Origin: an uncultured Magnetococcales bacterium
GTDB taxonomy: Bacteria > Pseudomonadota > Magnetococcia > Magnetococcales > CAYFNE01
Direction: 5' to 3'
Assembly: GCA_964344355.1 (NCBI GenBank)
Contig: CAYFNE010000007.1
Location: 7,225-71,224, forward strand
Length of the DNA stretch: 64,000 bases
Every line of letters begins with the position of its first letter. Position 1 is the stretch's first letter. A program made the position numbers and the translations under genes. Of the stretch, positions 36,003 through 45,074 are shown piece by piece. The notes beneath the pieces are model-generated. The model was not told where the DNA came from and did not search any database. It worked only from the letters and a program-made list of their open reading frames with translations.

Positions 36003-36593
36003 TCACCCCTCTTGGCGCAACAGGTGATATCCCAACTCGTGCCGGCCCGAAGGGTGCGGCACCCGCATGGGTGGACCCTCCGGCCATTGCCAGTGTGAGT
36101 GGGGGAACAGGGTTTCCATGCGTTCCACCGCACAGTGGAACGGCGGTCCCCCGGGTTGGCCGGTCTGCATGAACAGGGCGAACAGGCCGCCACCCGGTTT
36201 CAACCAACGCCACAACCGATCGGCATAGTTTTCCCAACTGTCCGGATGCAGGGCGCACAGACTGGTCTGTTCATAGATATGGTCGAAGGGGTGGTCCGGT
36301 TCCCAGGTCAGCAGATCGGTTTGATGGATGGTGGCGGAAAGACCGTGTTGGGCCAGCAGACCGCGCAGGGCATCGACGGCGGTGCCGGTGATGTCGACGG
36401 CGGTGATCTGAAAACCGCGTTCCGCCAGGGTGGCGACCTCGTAGCCGCGGCCACAACCGGGGATCAACACGCGGCCGGGTCGCAAACCGCCCTTTTCCAA
36501 CCACGAAAACAGCGCCGGGCTGCTGGCGCCCCGATCCCAGCCGGTCTGGCCACTCCGATACCGCTCCTCCCAGGTTTCCCTTTGTTCGCTCAT
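36003..36593 (-). CDS. TPMT-family (thiopurine/halide-type) SAM-dependent methyltransferase
   Basis: WEERYRSGQTGWDRGASSPALFSWL...GRVLIPGCGRGYEVATLAERGFQITAVDI is TPMT-like. ATGA overlap with the upstream gene (36590-36593). Confidence 0.75.
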   Translation of the reverse strand: MSEQRETWEERYRSGQTGWDRGASSPALFSWLEKGGLRPGRVLIPGCGRGYEVATLAERGFQITAVDITGTAVDALRGLLAQHGLSATIHQTDLLTWEPDHPFDHIYEQTSLCALHPDSWENYADRLWRWLKPGGGLFALFMQTGQPGGPPFHCAVERMETLFPHSHWQWPEGPPMRVPHPSGRHELGYHLLRQEG

Positions 36594-36973
36594 TCGATCG
36601 TCAGCCGCATCCGCGACCAGGGATGGTCGGCGGCGGCCAGTTTTTCCGCCAGTCCCTCCTCCTGGAAACGGCCAAAGGCGGTGGAGTTGTCGAACAGGGT
36701 CAATTCACCCCGCTCCGGGTCCATCGAATACCGTCCGCCACCCAATACCCGCACGCCGGGGTCCTCCACCGCCAGCCGCTCCCGGGTCACCCATTGCCGG
36801 GGGATGGCTTCGGTGGCGCAAAACCAGTCCAGAATCTGGTTGTGAAAACGGTGTATCCCTTTGGTGGAAAACAGCCAATATTCATGTCCATTCCATTGCA
36901 CCTGAATGAATTTTCCCGTCGGTGCGGGCGCTGCCGCCACGGAGGGGTGGGTGATGATGTTCGCACCGTTCAT
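36590..36973 (-). CDS. Janus/Ocnus (PHPT1)-like protein, putative phosphohistidine phosphatase
   Basis: 127 aa. GKFIQVQW, HRFHNQILDWF and VLGGGRYSMDPERGELTLFDNSTAFGRF parallel human PHPT1 (recalled from memory): GVFKYVLIRV, AEYHADIYDKV and [28 protein letters not shown]. Confidence 0.55.
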   Translation of the reverse strand: MNGANIITHPSVAAAPAPTGKFIQVQWNGHEYWLFSTKGIHRFHNQILDWFCATEAIPRQWVTRERLAVEDPGVRVLGGGRYSMDPERGELTLFDNSTAFGRFQEEGLAEKLAAADHPWSRMRLTIE

Positions 36974-37264
36974 CGGGTCCGTTTTCTCCCAAGCCGTTGA
37001 TCCCGGTCCCGATCCTAGCTCTCCTGAGCGGCCAGGGCAATGAAGTGGCTTTTGTCAGGCTTTTCTGCTGACCGAATTAAACCGCGTCCATTTCGGGATT
37101 CGTAGTTTCTGCGACATCCGATCGTTTCGGAGCAAGCCGGTACGGCAGGGCGGGGTTACGTCCCCGCCGAATGGCTCAAGGATGTAATGGCGGGGACTTC
37201 GATTCCCGAGAAGGATGTGGTTTAATGCCTTCGGCGGGAAAAGTAACCTCATCTGGAAGAACGA

Positions 37265-38200
37265 ATGGCTAATCAAGACAGCAGCTGCAAGCAGATCTTC
37301 AGTTATCCCGATATGGTACGGGATCTGCTCGTTGGGTTCATCAAGGAAGATTGGATCGAACAACTGGATTACACCACTCTGGAGAAGGTTGGCGGCAGCT
37401 ATGTGACCGACGATCTTCGTGAACGGATGGATGATGTCATCTGGCGGGTCCGCTGGGGTCGGGAGTGGCTCTATGTCTATGTGATCCTGGAATTCCAGAC
37501 CACGGTGGATCGGTTCATGGCGGTACGCATGGATGTCTATGTGATGTTGCTCTACCAGGACCTGATCAAGTCCAATCAGATCGGCAAGGGAGAAAAATTA
37601 CCGCCCGTGCTGCCGGTTGTGCTATACAATGGGAAGGCGGAGTGGGCAGCGGCTCTGGATGTGGCGGACGTGATCCTCCCCGCTCCGGTCGGTCTGGGGC
37701 GCTACCGTCCGCGGATGCGGTATCTGCTCATCGACGAAAATCGCCTCGGACAAACGGACTTGATTCTGGACCGCAACCTGGCGGCAGCTCTGTTTCGGTT
37801 GGAAAGGAGCAGGACCCCCGAAGATGTCCGCACCGTGGTCCGGGAGTTGATCGACTGGTTGAAAGCGCCAGCGCAGACCGGATTGCGTCGAGCGTTCTCC
37901 GTGTGGCTTGGCCGGGTGCTGTTGCCCAGGAAGCTGCCCGGGCAGAAGGTGCCGGAAATTATGGATTTACAGGAGGTGGACGCCATGTTGGCCGAGACGG
38001 TGCAGGAATGGACAAAACAGTGGAAAGAGGAAGGACGCCAGGAGGAAGCTGCGTCATTTCTGCTGCGTCTGCTTCAACGGCGATTTGGATTCTTGCCTGC
38101 CGACCTCATTGAAAAGGTCCGGTCGGCAGATAGAGGTACCCTGGAAACATGGGGTTATCGGGTTTTGGACGCTCAAGCATTGGACGATATATTTGTGTGA
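37265..38200 (+). CDS. Rpn-family (YhgA-like) recombination-promoting nuclease, PD-(D/E)XK fold, with DUF4351-like C-terminus
   Basis: CKQIFSYPDMVRDLLVGFI...DDVIWRVRW...WLYVYVILEFQTTVDRFMAVRMDVYVMLLYQDL is typical of Rpn/transposase_31. The C-terminal FLLRLLQRRFGFLPADLIEKV is DUF4351-like. Confidence 0.8.
   Translation: MANQDSSCKQIFSYPDMVRDLLVGFIKEDWIEQLDYTTLEKVGGSYVTDDLRERMDDVIWRVRWGREWLYVYVILEFQTTVDRFMAVRMDVYVMLLYQDLIKSNQIGKGEKLPPVLPVVLYNGKAEWAAALDVADVILPAPVGLGRYRPRMRYLLIDENRLGQTDLILDRNLAAALFRLERSRTPEDVRTVVRELIDWLKAPAQTGLRRAFSVWLGRVLLPRKLPGQKVPEIMDLQEVDAMLAETVQEWTKQWKEEGRQEEAASFLLRLLQRRFGFLPADLIEKVRSADRGTLETWGYRVLDAQALDDIFV
37985..38200 (+). CDS. Possible intragenic small ORF (RpnS-like, 71 aa) translated in frame from within the Rpn gene
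   Basis: AGGAGG at 37971-37976, then an 8-nt spacer, then the in-frame ATG 37985. The product MLAETVQEWTKQWKEE... covers exactly the C-terminal domain. Confidence 0.35.
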   Translation: MLAETVQEWTKQWKEEGRQEEAASFLLRLLQRRFGFLPADLIEKVRSADRGTLETWGYRVLDAQALDDIFV

Positions 38201-38415
38201 TACCCGGTTTTTTCGCCTCACGAAATAGTGATTACAGAGGCTTGGCCCGCCAGCGGGATGAGGGAAAGGTTTCCCTGAAACCTGGTTGGGTTCACACAAC
38301 GATTTGCGGTGGTTGGAGCCCGAGCGGTCTACCTGTGGGACGCCCGATGGCCAACTGGTTTCGTGCGCCTGTCGGATGACTTGGAGAAATAATCCCTTTA
38401 ACTGGAAAACAAGGC

Positions 38416-40347
38416 ATGTTTGATGATCCCCACCAGGTTCTTGAGCGGGTTTTCGGTTTTCGAAAATTTCGTGACGGACAGAAGGCGGTGATCGACCGGC
38501 TTCTGGCGGGAAAACCGGTACTGGCGATTTTTCCGACCGGTGGCGGCAAGAGCCTTTGTTATCAATTGCCGGCCTTGCTGTTTGACGGTTTGACCCTGGT
38601 CATCTCGCCACTCATTGCCTTGATGAAGGACCAGATTGATTTCCTGGTCGGCCGCGGGGTGGCGGCGGCTCGCCTGGATTCGAGTTTGGACCTCGAACGG
38701 ACACGGGCGGTTTACCGGGATCTCGAAGCCGGACGGATCAAGCTTTTGTATATCTCTCCCGAACGTTTGGGGAATGAACGGTTTCTGCAATCGTTGCGTC
38801 GTTGGAAACTCTCTCTCCTGGCCATTGACGAGGTACATTGCGTCAGTGAATGGGGGCACAATTTTCGGCCGGACTACCTGAAGATCGCCACCCTGGCCCA
38901 ACTGTTGAACGTGACGCGTGTCCTGGGATTGACCGCAACGGCCACCCCAACGGTTGCCGGAGATATCGCCACAGCCTTCGGCATTCGGGCCGAGGATGTG
39001 GTTCAGACCGGTTTTTACCGTCCCAATCTCAATTTGATCGTAACCCCCGTTGCTGACGGAAAACGCCAGGAACATCTGTTGAAGCGTCTGCGCGAACGAC
39101 CGTCGGGGCCGACCATCGTCTATGTCACCCTGCAACGAACCGCCGAGGAGGTGGCGGCGTTTCTGGTGACCCATGATCTGGATGCCCATCCCTACCATGC
39201 CGGGATGAACAACGAGGAACGGCATGCGATTCAAGATGCCTTCATGGCTTCGGACCGAATGGTGGTGGTGGCGACCATCGCCTTCGGTATGGGCGTGGAC
39301 AAAGCCGACATCCGGGCGGTTTATCATTATAATCTTCCCAAGGGTCTGGAGGGATATGCCCAGGAGATCGGCCGGGCCGGACGGGATGGCCGTGAGTCGG
39401 TTTGCGAACTCCTGGCCTCGCCCGGGGATGTGGTGGTATTGGAGAATTTCATCTATGGCGATACGCCGACCAGGGAGGCGGTCACCACCATTTTGGCGGA
39501 TATTTTCGGTCGTGGCCCGACCTTTGACGTCTCCATCCATACATTGTCCAACCGGCATGATATCCGGCCGTTGGTGGTCAAGACCATTTTCGCCTATCTG
39601 GAGTTGGCGGGGGTGATCCGGTCCACGGGGCCTTTCTACACCGAGTTTCGTTTCCAACCACAAAAATCCTCTCGTGAGATCCTGGCCGGTTTCGATGCCG
39701 GGCGGGCCGAATTTTTGCGGCGTGTTTTTCAACAGGCGCAACGGGGTCGAACCTGGTTTTTTCTCGACGTGGATCGGGTCGGCCAGATCACCGGTCAGTC
39801 CAGGGAACGGATCGTGAATGCCCTGGATTACCTGGAACGGCGGGGAGACCTGATCCTGAAGGTTGGCGGTGTGCGGCAGGGCTATCGGTTGGTGGATGGT
39901 TCGCCGCTTGATTTGAACCATCTCAGGGAGATGTTGAATACCCGTTTTCAGCAACGGGAGGCCCAGGATATCGCCCGGGTACGAACCGTTCTGGAGTTCG
40001 CGGCCCATGATGGCTGTCTGACCCGGTTTCTCCTGGCCTATTTCGGTGAGCGGCGGGGGGAATGCGGTCATTGCGGTCATTGCCGGGGCGGGAAAGCGGG
40101 TAAATTGCCGGCCATCCGCCATCCTGCCTTGGGGAACGAGGCGGCGGAAATGCTCGGTCGGCTTCGGGACGAAGGACACCAGGCCCTGGCCACATCGCGT
40201 CAGTTGGCCCGTTTTCTGTGTGGCCTCTCTTCGCCAGCGACGACCCGGGCCCGATTGCGCCGACATCCACGATTCGGTATCTGGACCACGGTACCGTTTC
40301 ATCGGGTCCTGGCTTTCGTCGAACAGCGGCAACGGACCGTTCGCTGA
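38416..40347 (+). CDS. recQ: RecQ-family ATP-dependent DNA helicase
   Basis: FGFRKFRDGQKAVIDRLLAGKPVLAIFPTGGGKSLCYQLPA (motifs 0/I), DEVH box AIDEVHCVSEWGHNFRPDY, and a Zn-binding CGHCGHC region. Confidence 0.9.
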   Translation: MFDDPHQVLERVFGFRKFRDGQKAVIDRLLAGKPVLAIFPTGGGKSLCYQLPALLFDGLTLVISPLIALMKDQIDFLVGRGVAAARLDSSLDLERTRAVYRDLEAGRIKLLYISPERLGNERFLQSLRRWKLSLLAIDEVHCVSEWGHNFRPDYLKIATLAQLLNVTRVLGLTATATPTVAGDIATAFGIRAEDVVQTGFYRPNLNLIVTPVADGKRQEHLLKRLRERPSGPTIVYVTLQRTAEEVAAFLVTHDLDAHPYHAGMNNEERHAIQDAFMASDRMVVVATIAFGMGVDKADIRAVYHYNLPKGLEGYAQEIGRAGRDGRESVCELLASPGDVVVLENFIYGDTPTREAVTTILADIFGRGPTFDVSIHTLSNRHDIRPLVVKTIFAYLELAGVIRSTGPFYTEFRFQPQKSSREILAGFDAGRAEFLRRVFQQAQRGRTWFFLDVDRVGQITGQSRERIVNALDYLERRGDLILKVGGVRQGYRLVDGSPLDLNHLREMLNTRFQQREAQDIARVRTVLEFAAHDGCLTRFLLAYFGERRGECGHCGHCRGGKAGKLPAIRHPALGNEAAEMLGRLRDEGHQALATSRQLARFLCGLSSPATTRARLRRHPRFGIWTTVPFHRVLAFVEQRQRTVR

Positions 40348-40485
40348 ACCGGTCCGTTTGGTCAGAGGCGATCGAGAGAGACCTGGCACGGGCATTCGAA
40401 CCAGGGCTGAACCGGAGACCGCTGTTGACAACCCCCTGTTTCAGAAATTCAAGCACTTCCTGACGTCCTTCCATGGGTGGTGTGA

Positions 40486-43400
40486 TCATTTGCTCACCGG
40501 CGCCAGAAAAACGAAATCATTTCGGGAGTGCGGCCATTTTTCCAGAATGGTGGCCGCCAGCGGGCTGCCGGTTCGGCGTTGGTGATGTCGCAGGCGGATC
40601 TTCAATCGGTCGATTTCGACCGGGGTTGGATCCACGGGACGGACGCTGGCGGAAATCCGTTGCGAAACGTCGGCTCCCCCGGGGTTGTAAAAGATGGTGC
40701 GACCGCCGGTCATGCCGGCGCCGACCTCCCGGCCCGGCACCGACAGACAGATGGTCTCGCCACCGGTTTGGTACTCACTGAGAAAATCGTTGGCGCCATT
40801 GACGACGATGCGGCAACCGCTGTTGCGGATGGCGCACCGTTCGCCGACGAAGCCGGGTATATCGATCTCACCGCCGATGGCGCCATAACCGACCGTATTG
40901 CCGGCCATCACCTGCCGGTCGGCATCGCGGAGACCTCGGGGCGGGATCAACGTCAACCGGCCGCCGCTCATGGCCGAACCCGGGGCATCGTTGGTCAACC
41001 CCTCCAGGGTGATTGCCAATCCCGCCACACAACCGAACCCCAGTTTTTGCCCCCCATATCCGCGGGCGATGATGGCGATGGTTTCGCCTTCCGGATAACC
41101 ATCCGGCCAGCAACGGACCATCTCGCCGGCGATCATGGCCCCGAAGGAGAGATCAAAATTGTCCAGACGGATCTCCAGGCGGGTGCTCTCGCCTTGGCGG
41201 ATCACCGGCAACAGTTGATCGAGAACCTCGCGGTTCCGGCCCTGGGTCACCTCCTGGCGTTTGCAGATTTCAAACGGGGTTTTGCCGTTGGGCAACGGGG
41301 TTTGCGGCGGCTCCGCCACCCGTTTCAACAAAAAATCCAGGTTCAACCGCCGCAGGTGGGCCGCCCCGTCGGCCGGCTTCACCCGCAACAGATCGGTCCG
41401 ACCGGTGAGTTGATGCAACCGTTCCAACCCCAGGGCGCCGGTGATCCGGGCCGCATCGGCGGCCAGGGCCAGGAGATAGTTTTTGATCCGTTGGATGCGT
41501 TCCTCCAGGGTGGGCGGCGGTTGCCGCTCTTTTTTCGGCAGGCCGGAGATGGTTTCCGGACAGTCGCCGGTGTGACATTGGGCGCAGGCGATGCAGCCCA
41601 TGGCCACCATCAGCGTCGTCCCCAAGGAAAATTCGTCGGCCCCCAGGGCGGCATATTTGACCACATCGGCGCCGCTTTTGATGGAACTGGCTACCCGCAG
41701 TTTGACGAAACGGCGCAAACCGTGCCGCAACAGCGCTTGATGAACCTCCGCCAATCCGGTTTCCGCATAGTGGGCCGCATGTTCCCGGGAACTCTCCGGA
41801 GTGGCGGCGGTGCCACCGTCCAGACCATCGATTTCGATGATATCGGCAAACATTTTCGCCGCGCCGACCGAGATGACACCGACGCCATAACGGGCGGCGA
41901 TCTTCACCGATACCAGGGCGGTGGGATTGATGCTCTTCAGATCGTGGATCAACTGTTTGAGATCCTCGATGCTGTAGATGTCCTGATGGGTTTGTGGCGA
42001 AATCAGGGTGGTGCCCGGGGCGCAATGGCGGTTGCGGGCGATCACTTCATCCACTTTCACCCCCAACAATTGTCCCCCTTCGCCCGGTTTGGCCCCCTGG
42101 GCGATCTTGATCTGGATCTCCCGGGCATGGACCAGATAACGGGCCTCGACACCGAAACGTCCCGAGGCGACCTGTCGGATTTGGCTGGCGAAGCGGCTGC
42201 GATCGCGATCCTTCGATTCCCCGCCCTCGCCGGAGTTGCCGCGTCCGCCCAGGTCGTTGAAGGCCGCCGCCACCGCCCGGTGGGCCTCATCCTTCAGGGC
42301 GCCATGGGACATGGCGGCGCCAACGAAATAGCGGGCGACGATCTCCTCGGGGCTTTCGAGAACGGTACGGGCGCCGGAGGGGGGATAGCGGAAGTCGAGC
42401 AGGTGGAGAATTTTGAACGGTTCCCCGCGCTCCTCCTCGATCAGGGCCAGGGGCCGTGGATCACCATCGGCGGCGGCCTGTTCGATCCGTTTGCGCACCG
42501 GGTTCCAGAAGGTGGGTTCCTTGAGTTCCCCGGCCTTTTTGCGGCAATCATAAAATTCCAGCAGCTCGGCCAGGTTCCGGCCACCCAGGCCGTATACATC
42601 GGCCACCCCCAGGATCCCGAGGATGTCGGCGCCGAGGCCGAACGGCATGAACAGTTGTGAATCCCGATAGCCGGCGGTGGTGGTCACCCCCATTTTCGAC
42701 ATGATCTTCAACAACGCCTTGTCCAGCCCGGACTGCAGGTTGGCGCGCAAGGTTTCAACCGCCAGAGGGGCGGCGGCGTCGCGGTTTTTTTTCTCCAGCA
42801 GAAAGGCGTTGTCCCAGATCTGCTTGGGGAACAGGGCATTGGCTCCGAAGGCGATGTTGACCGCCAGATCGTGGGGTTGGCGCATGTCGCGGCATTTGAG
42901 GATCAGGGAGATTCGTTGCCGCAGGTGTTTTTCGATGAGCCGGTGGTGCAACCAGGCGCAGAGCAGGGGACCGGGCAGGGGCCAATGTCCATCGGGCAAT
43001 GCATCATCATGGAGAATGAACAGGGCGGCGCCGCCGGCGATCCCCTCCTGAATCCGCCGCAGGATTTCCGCCAGTTTCTGCCGGCAGTTGTGGGCCGCTT
43101 CCCGGCCGTCGTTTCCCTTGGGAAAGCCGATGGCGATGCGCATCGTCTCCGGCCGCTGTTCCAACCAGTGGATTTCCGCCACCCCCAGGGCCGGGCTGGT
43201 CAGGGCCAGGGCCTGATCCGAAGTGCGGTCGCCGAGAAGGGTGTTGAGGTCGAAAAATTTTTTTTCGCGGATGAAATCGACCGGCGGGTTGGTGATCTGG
43301 GCGAACTCCTGGAGGAAAAAATCATAGACCGCGGTGGGATTTTTCGAGAGTGCCGCCGCTGGTCTTGACTTACCCATGGCCACCGTCGGTTCATTGCCGG

Positions 43401-44826
43401 TGCCCATCAATATTTCGATGGCCCTTTGGTGCTGCCGGGTGAAACCGCTGCAGATATTGTCCCGTTCCACCCGCTGTTCATCGACCACGGGGGGCGACGG
43501 CGGGGTTTTCGGGGGATCGATGATGCGCAGGCGGTCCATGGCCGCCCGCAACGGTTCCCGACCGGCCAGATTTTCCCGCAAGGCATCGCTGTCGAAGGAG
43601 AGGCGGCCCCGGCCGTCCACCTGCAACAGTTGCCCCGAACCCAGTTTGCCGGTGGTCTCGATCTCTTCCGGCGTTGGTTGGAAGGCGCCCACCTCCGAGG
43701 CGATGAATACGGTGCCGTTGCGCAGACGGGTCCAGCGCAGGGGCCGCAAACCGATGCGATCCTCCTTGGCCACCAGCACCCGGCCATCGGTGGCCAGGAC
43801 ACCGCTCGGTCCCTCCCACTGGCCCAGGGTGCCGTGCCGGAATTTTTGCAGGCGATAATAGCGGACGATCTCCGGATCCGGACTTCCGGCGTCGGTGCGC
43901 CAGGCCGGGGGGATCATCATCGCCAGGGTCAGGGTCAAACTTTCCCCCTGGCGGTGGAACTGTTCCGCCACCCGGTCCAGGTCGGCGCTGTCACTGCCAC
44001 CGGGCATCAAAATATCGGTGACGCCGGGATCATCCTTGATCCGGCCTTCGATGTTGCGTACCGCATCGCGGTTGGCGGCGATGGAATTGATCTCACCGTT
44101 GTGCGCCAGCAGCCGGAAGGGTTGCGCCAGGGGCCAGTGTGGATAGGTGTTGGTGCTGAAGCGGCGGTGAAAAACGTAACACCGACTGTTCAGCGGGTTG
44201 GCCTCATCGTGGAAATCCCGGTAAAAGGTGGCGAACTGTTCGCCGGTGAGCATGCCCTTGTAGTTGAGCACCCGGCTGGAGAGGGAGGGGATGTGGGTGG
44301 TTTCATCGGGGAAAATTTTTTCGATCCGTTTCCGCGCCTGGAACAGGCGTCCCTCGAAGGTATCGCCATCCATGCCCGGTGGACGGGCCAGCAGCAGGTG
44401 CCGGATTCGGGGCCGGTTTTCCCGTGCCCGCACGCCCAGGCCGGCGGCCCGGACGTCCAGGGGAACGGTCCGCCAGCAGAGCACGGTCAATCCCTGGTGT
44501 TCCAGGACCTCGACGGCCCGTTTTTCCAGCATCTCGGCCTGCACCGCATCCCGCGGCAGGAAAAATACCCCGACCCCCAGGTTTTCGAACGGTTCGTCGG
44601 CCAGGCTCACCTCCGGCCGCCGTTCCCGAACCCACTGCCGGGCCGCTCGGGGCATGCGCATCAACACTCCGGCGCCGTCGCCGCTGACCCGACCCTCGGC
44701 GTCCAGCACCCCGGACCCCCGGTGTTCCATCCGTTTCAGGGCTTTGAGAATGGGGGCCACCGCCATGGTTTCCGGTGCGTACACCCCTCCGATGGCACAG
44801 GCATCGGGTTCAACGATCCGTGTCAT
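40486..44826 (-). CDS. gltB: Glutamate synthase large subunit
   Basis: ORF track extends to 44928. Start set to ATG 44826 (MTRIVEPDACAIGGV, with the amidotransferase Cys after a short propeptide). Class II GATase, central, FMN-binding and C-terminal GXGXG-type domains are recognisable along about 1446 aa. Confidence 0.92.
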   Translation of the reverse strand: MTRIVEPDACAIGGVYAPETMAVAPILKALKRMEHRGSGVLDAEGRVSGDGAGVLMRMPRAARQWVRERRPEVSLADEPFENLGVGVFFLPRDAVQAEMLEKRAVEVLEHQGLTVLCWRTVPLDVRAAGLGVRARENRPRIRHLLLARPPGMDGDTFEGRLFQARKRIEKIFPDETTHIPSLSSRVLNYKGMLTGEQFATFYRDFHDEANPLNSRCYVFHRRFSTNTYPHWPLAQPFRLLAHNGEINSIAANRDAVRNIEGRIKDDPGVTDILMPGGSDSADLDRVAEQFHRQGESLTLTLAMMIPPAWRTDAGSPDPEIVRYYRLQKFRHGTLGQWEGPSGVLATDGRVLVAKEDRIGLRPLRWTRLRNGTVFIASEVGAFQPTPEEIETTGKLGSGQLLQVDGRGRLSFDSDALRENLAGREPLRAAMDRLRIIDPPKTPPSPPVVDEQRVERDNICSGFTRQHQRAIEILMGTGNEPTVAMGKSRPAAALSKNPTAVYDFFLQEFAQITNPPVDFIREKKFFDLNTLLGDRTSDQALALTSPALGVAEIHWLEQRPETMRIAIGFPKGNDGREAAHNCRQKLAEILRRIQEGIAGGAALFILHDDALPDGHWPLPGPLLCAWLHHRLIEKHLRQRISLILKCRDMRQPHDLAVNIAFGANALFPKQIWDNAFLLEKKNRDAAAPLAVETLRANLQSGLDKALLKIMSKMGVTTTAGYRDSQLFMPFGLGADILGILGVADVYGLGGRNLAELLEFYDCRKKAGELKEPTFWNPVRKRIEQAAADGDPRPLALIEEERGEPFKILHLLDFRYPPSGARTVLESPEEIVARYFVGAAMSHGALKDEAHRAVAAAFNDLGGRGNSGEGGESKDRDRSRFASQIRQVASGRFGVEARYLVHAREIQIKIAQGAKPGEGGQLLGVKVDEVIARNRHCAPGTTLISPQTHQDIYSIEDLKQLIHDLKSINPTALVSVKIAARYGVGVISVGAAKMFADIIEIDGLDGGTAATPESSREHAAHYAETGLAEVHQALLRHGLRRFVKLRVASSIKSGADVVKYAALGADEFSLGTTLMVAMGCIACAQCHTGDCPETISGLPKKERQPPPTLEERIQRIKNYLLALAADAARITGALGLERLHQLTGRTDLLRVKPADGAAHLRRLNLDFLLKRVAEPPQTPLPNGKTPFEICKRQEVTQGRNREVLDQLLPVIRQGESTRLEIRLDNFDLSFGAMIAGEMVRCWPDGYPEGETIAIIARGYGGQKLGFGCVAGLAITLEGLTNDAPGSAMSGGRLTLIPPRGLRDADRQVMAGNTVGYGAIGGEIDIPGFVGERCAIRNSGCRIVVNGANDFLSEYQTGGETICLSVPGREVGAGMTGGRTIFYNPGGADVSQRISASVRPVDPTPVEIDRLKIRLRHHQRRTGSPLAATILEKWPHSRNDFVFLAPVSK

Positions 44827-45074
44827 TGTCGACGGCTCCCGGTAAAAGGGTTTTGGACGATCCGGCAACGATCGGCATGATTCGATTCCGGTCCCCTCAG
44901 GATGCGGCCTGTAAAGGGGTTGGATCAACTGAAATCGTTTTTCGTTCCTTATATTTTACCTGAACGGGTACCCGCCCCGGATCGGACAGGGGGTTCCGGC
45001 CGGTCCGTCGACGGCGGAGCGGGGGAGAGGGGATTCATCGGTATGGGGTTGAATCGGGACCGGAAGAGGGGGGA

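Noticed and set aside
40486-44826. gltB without an adjacent gltD small-subunit gene
   Set aside because: The downstream neighbour is the convergent recQ gene, so gltD is not in the usual position. Split gltB/gltD arrangements exist and gltD may lie elsewhere, so this is not unusual enough to report.
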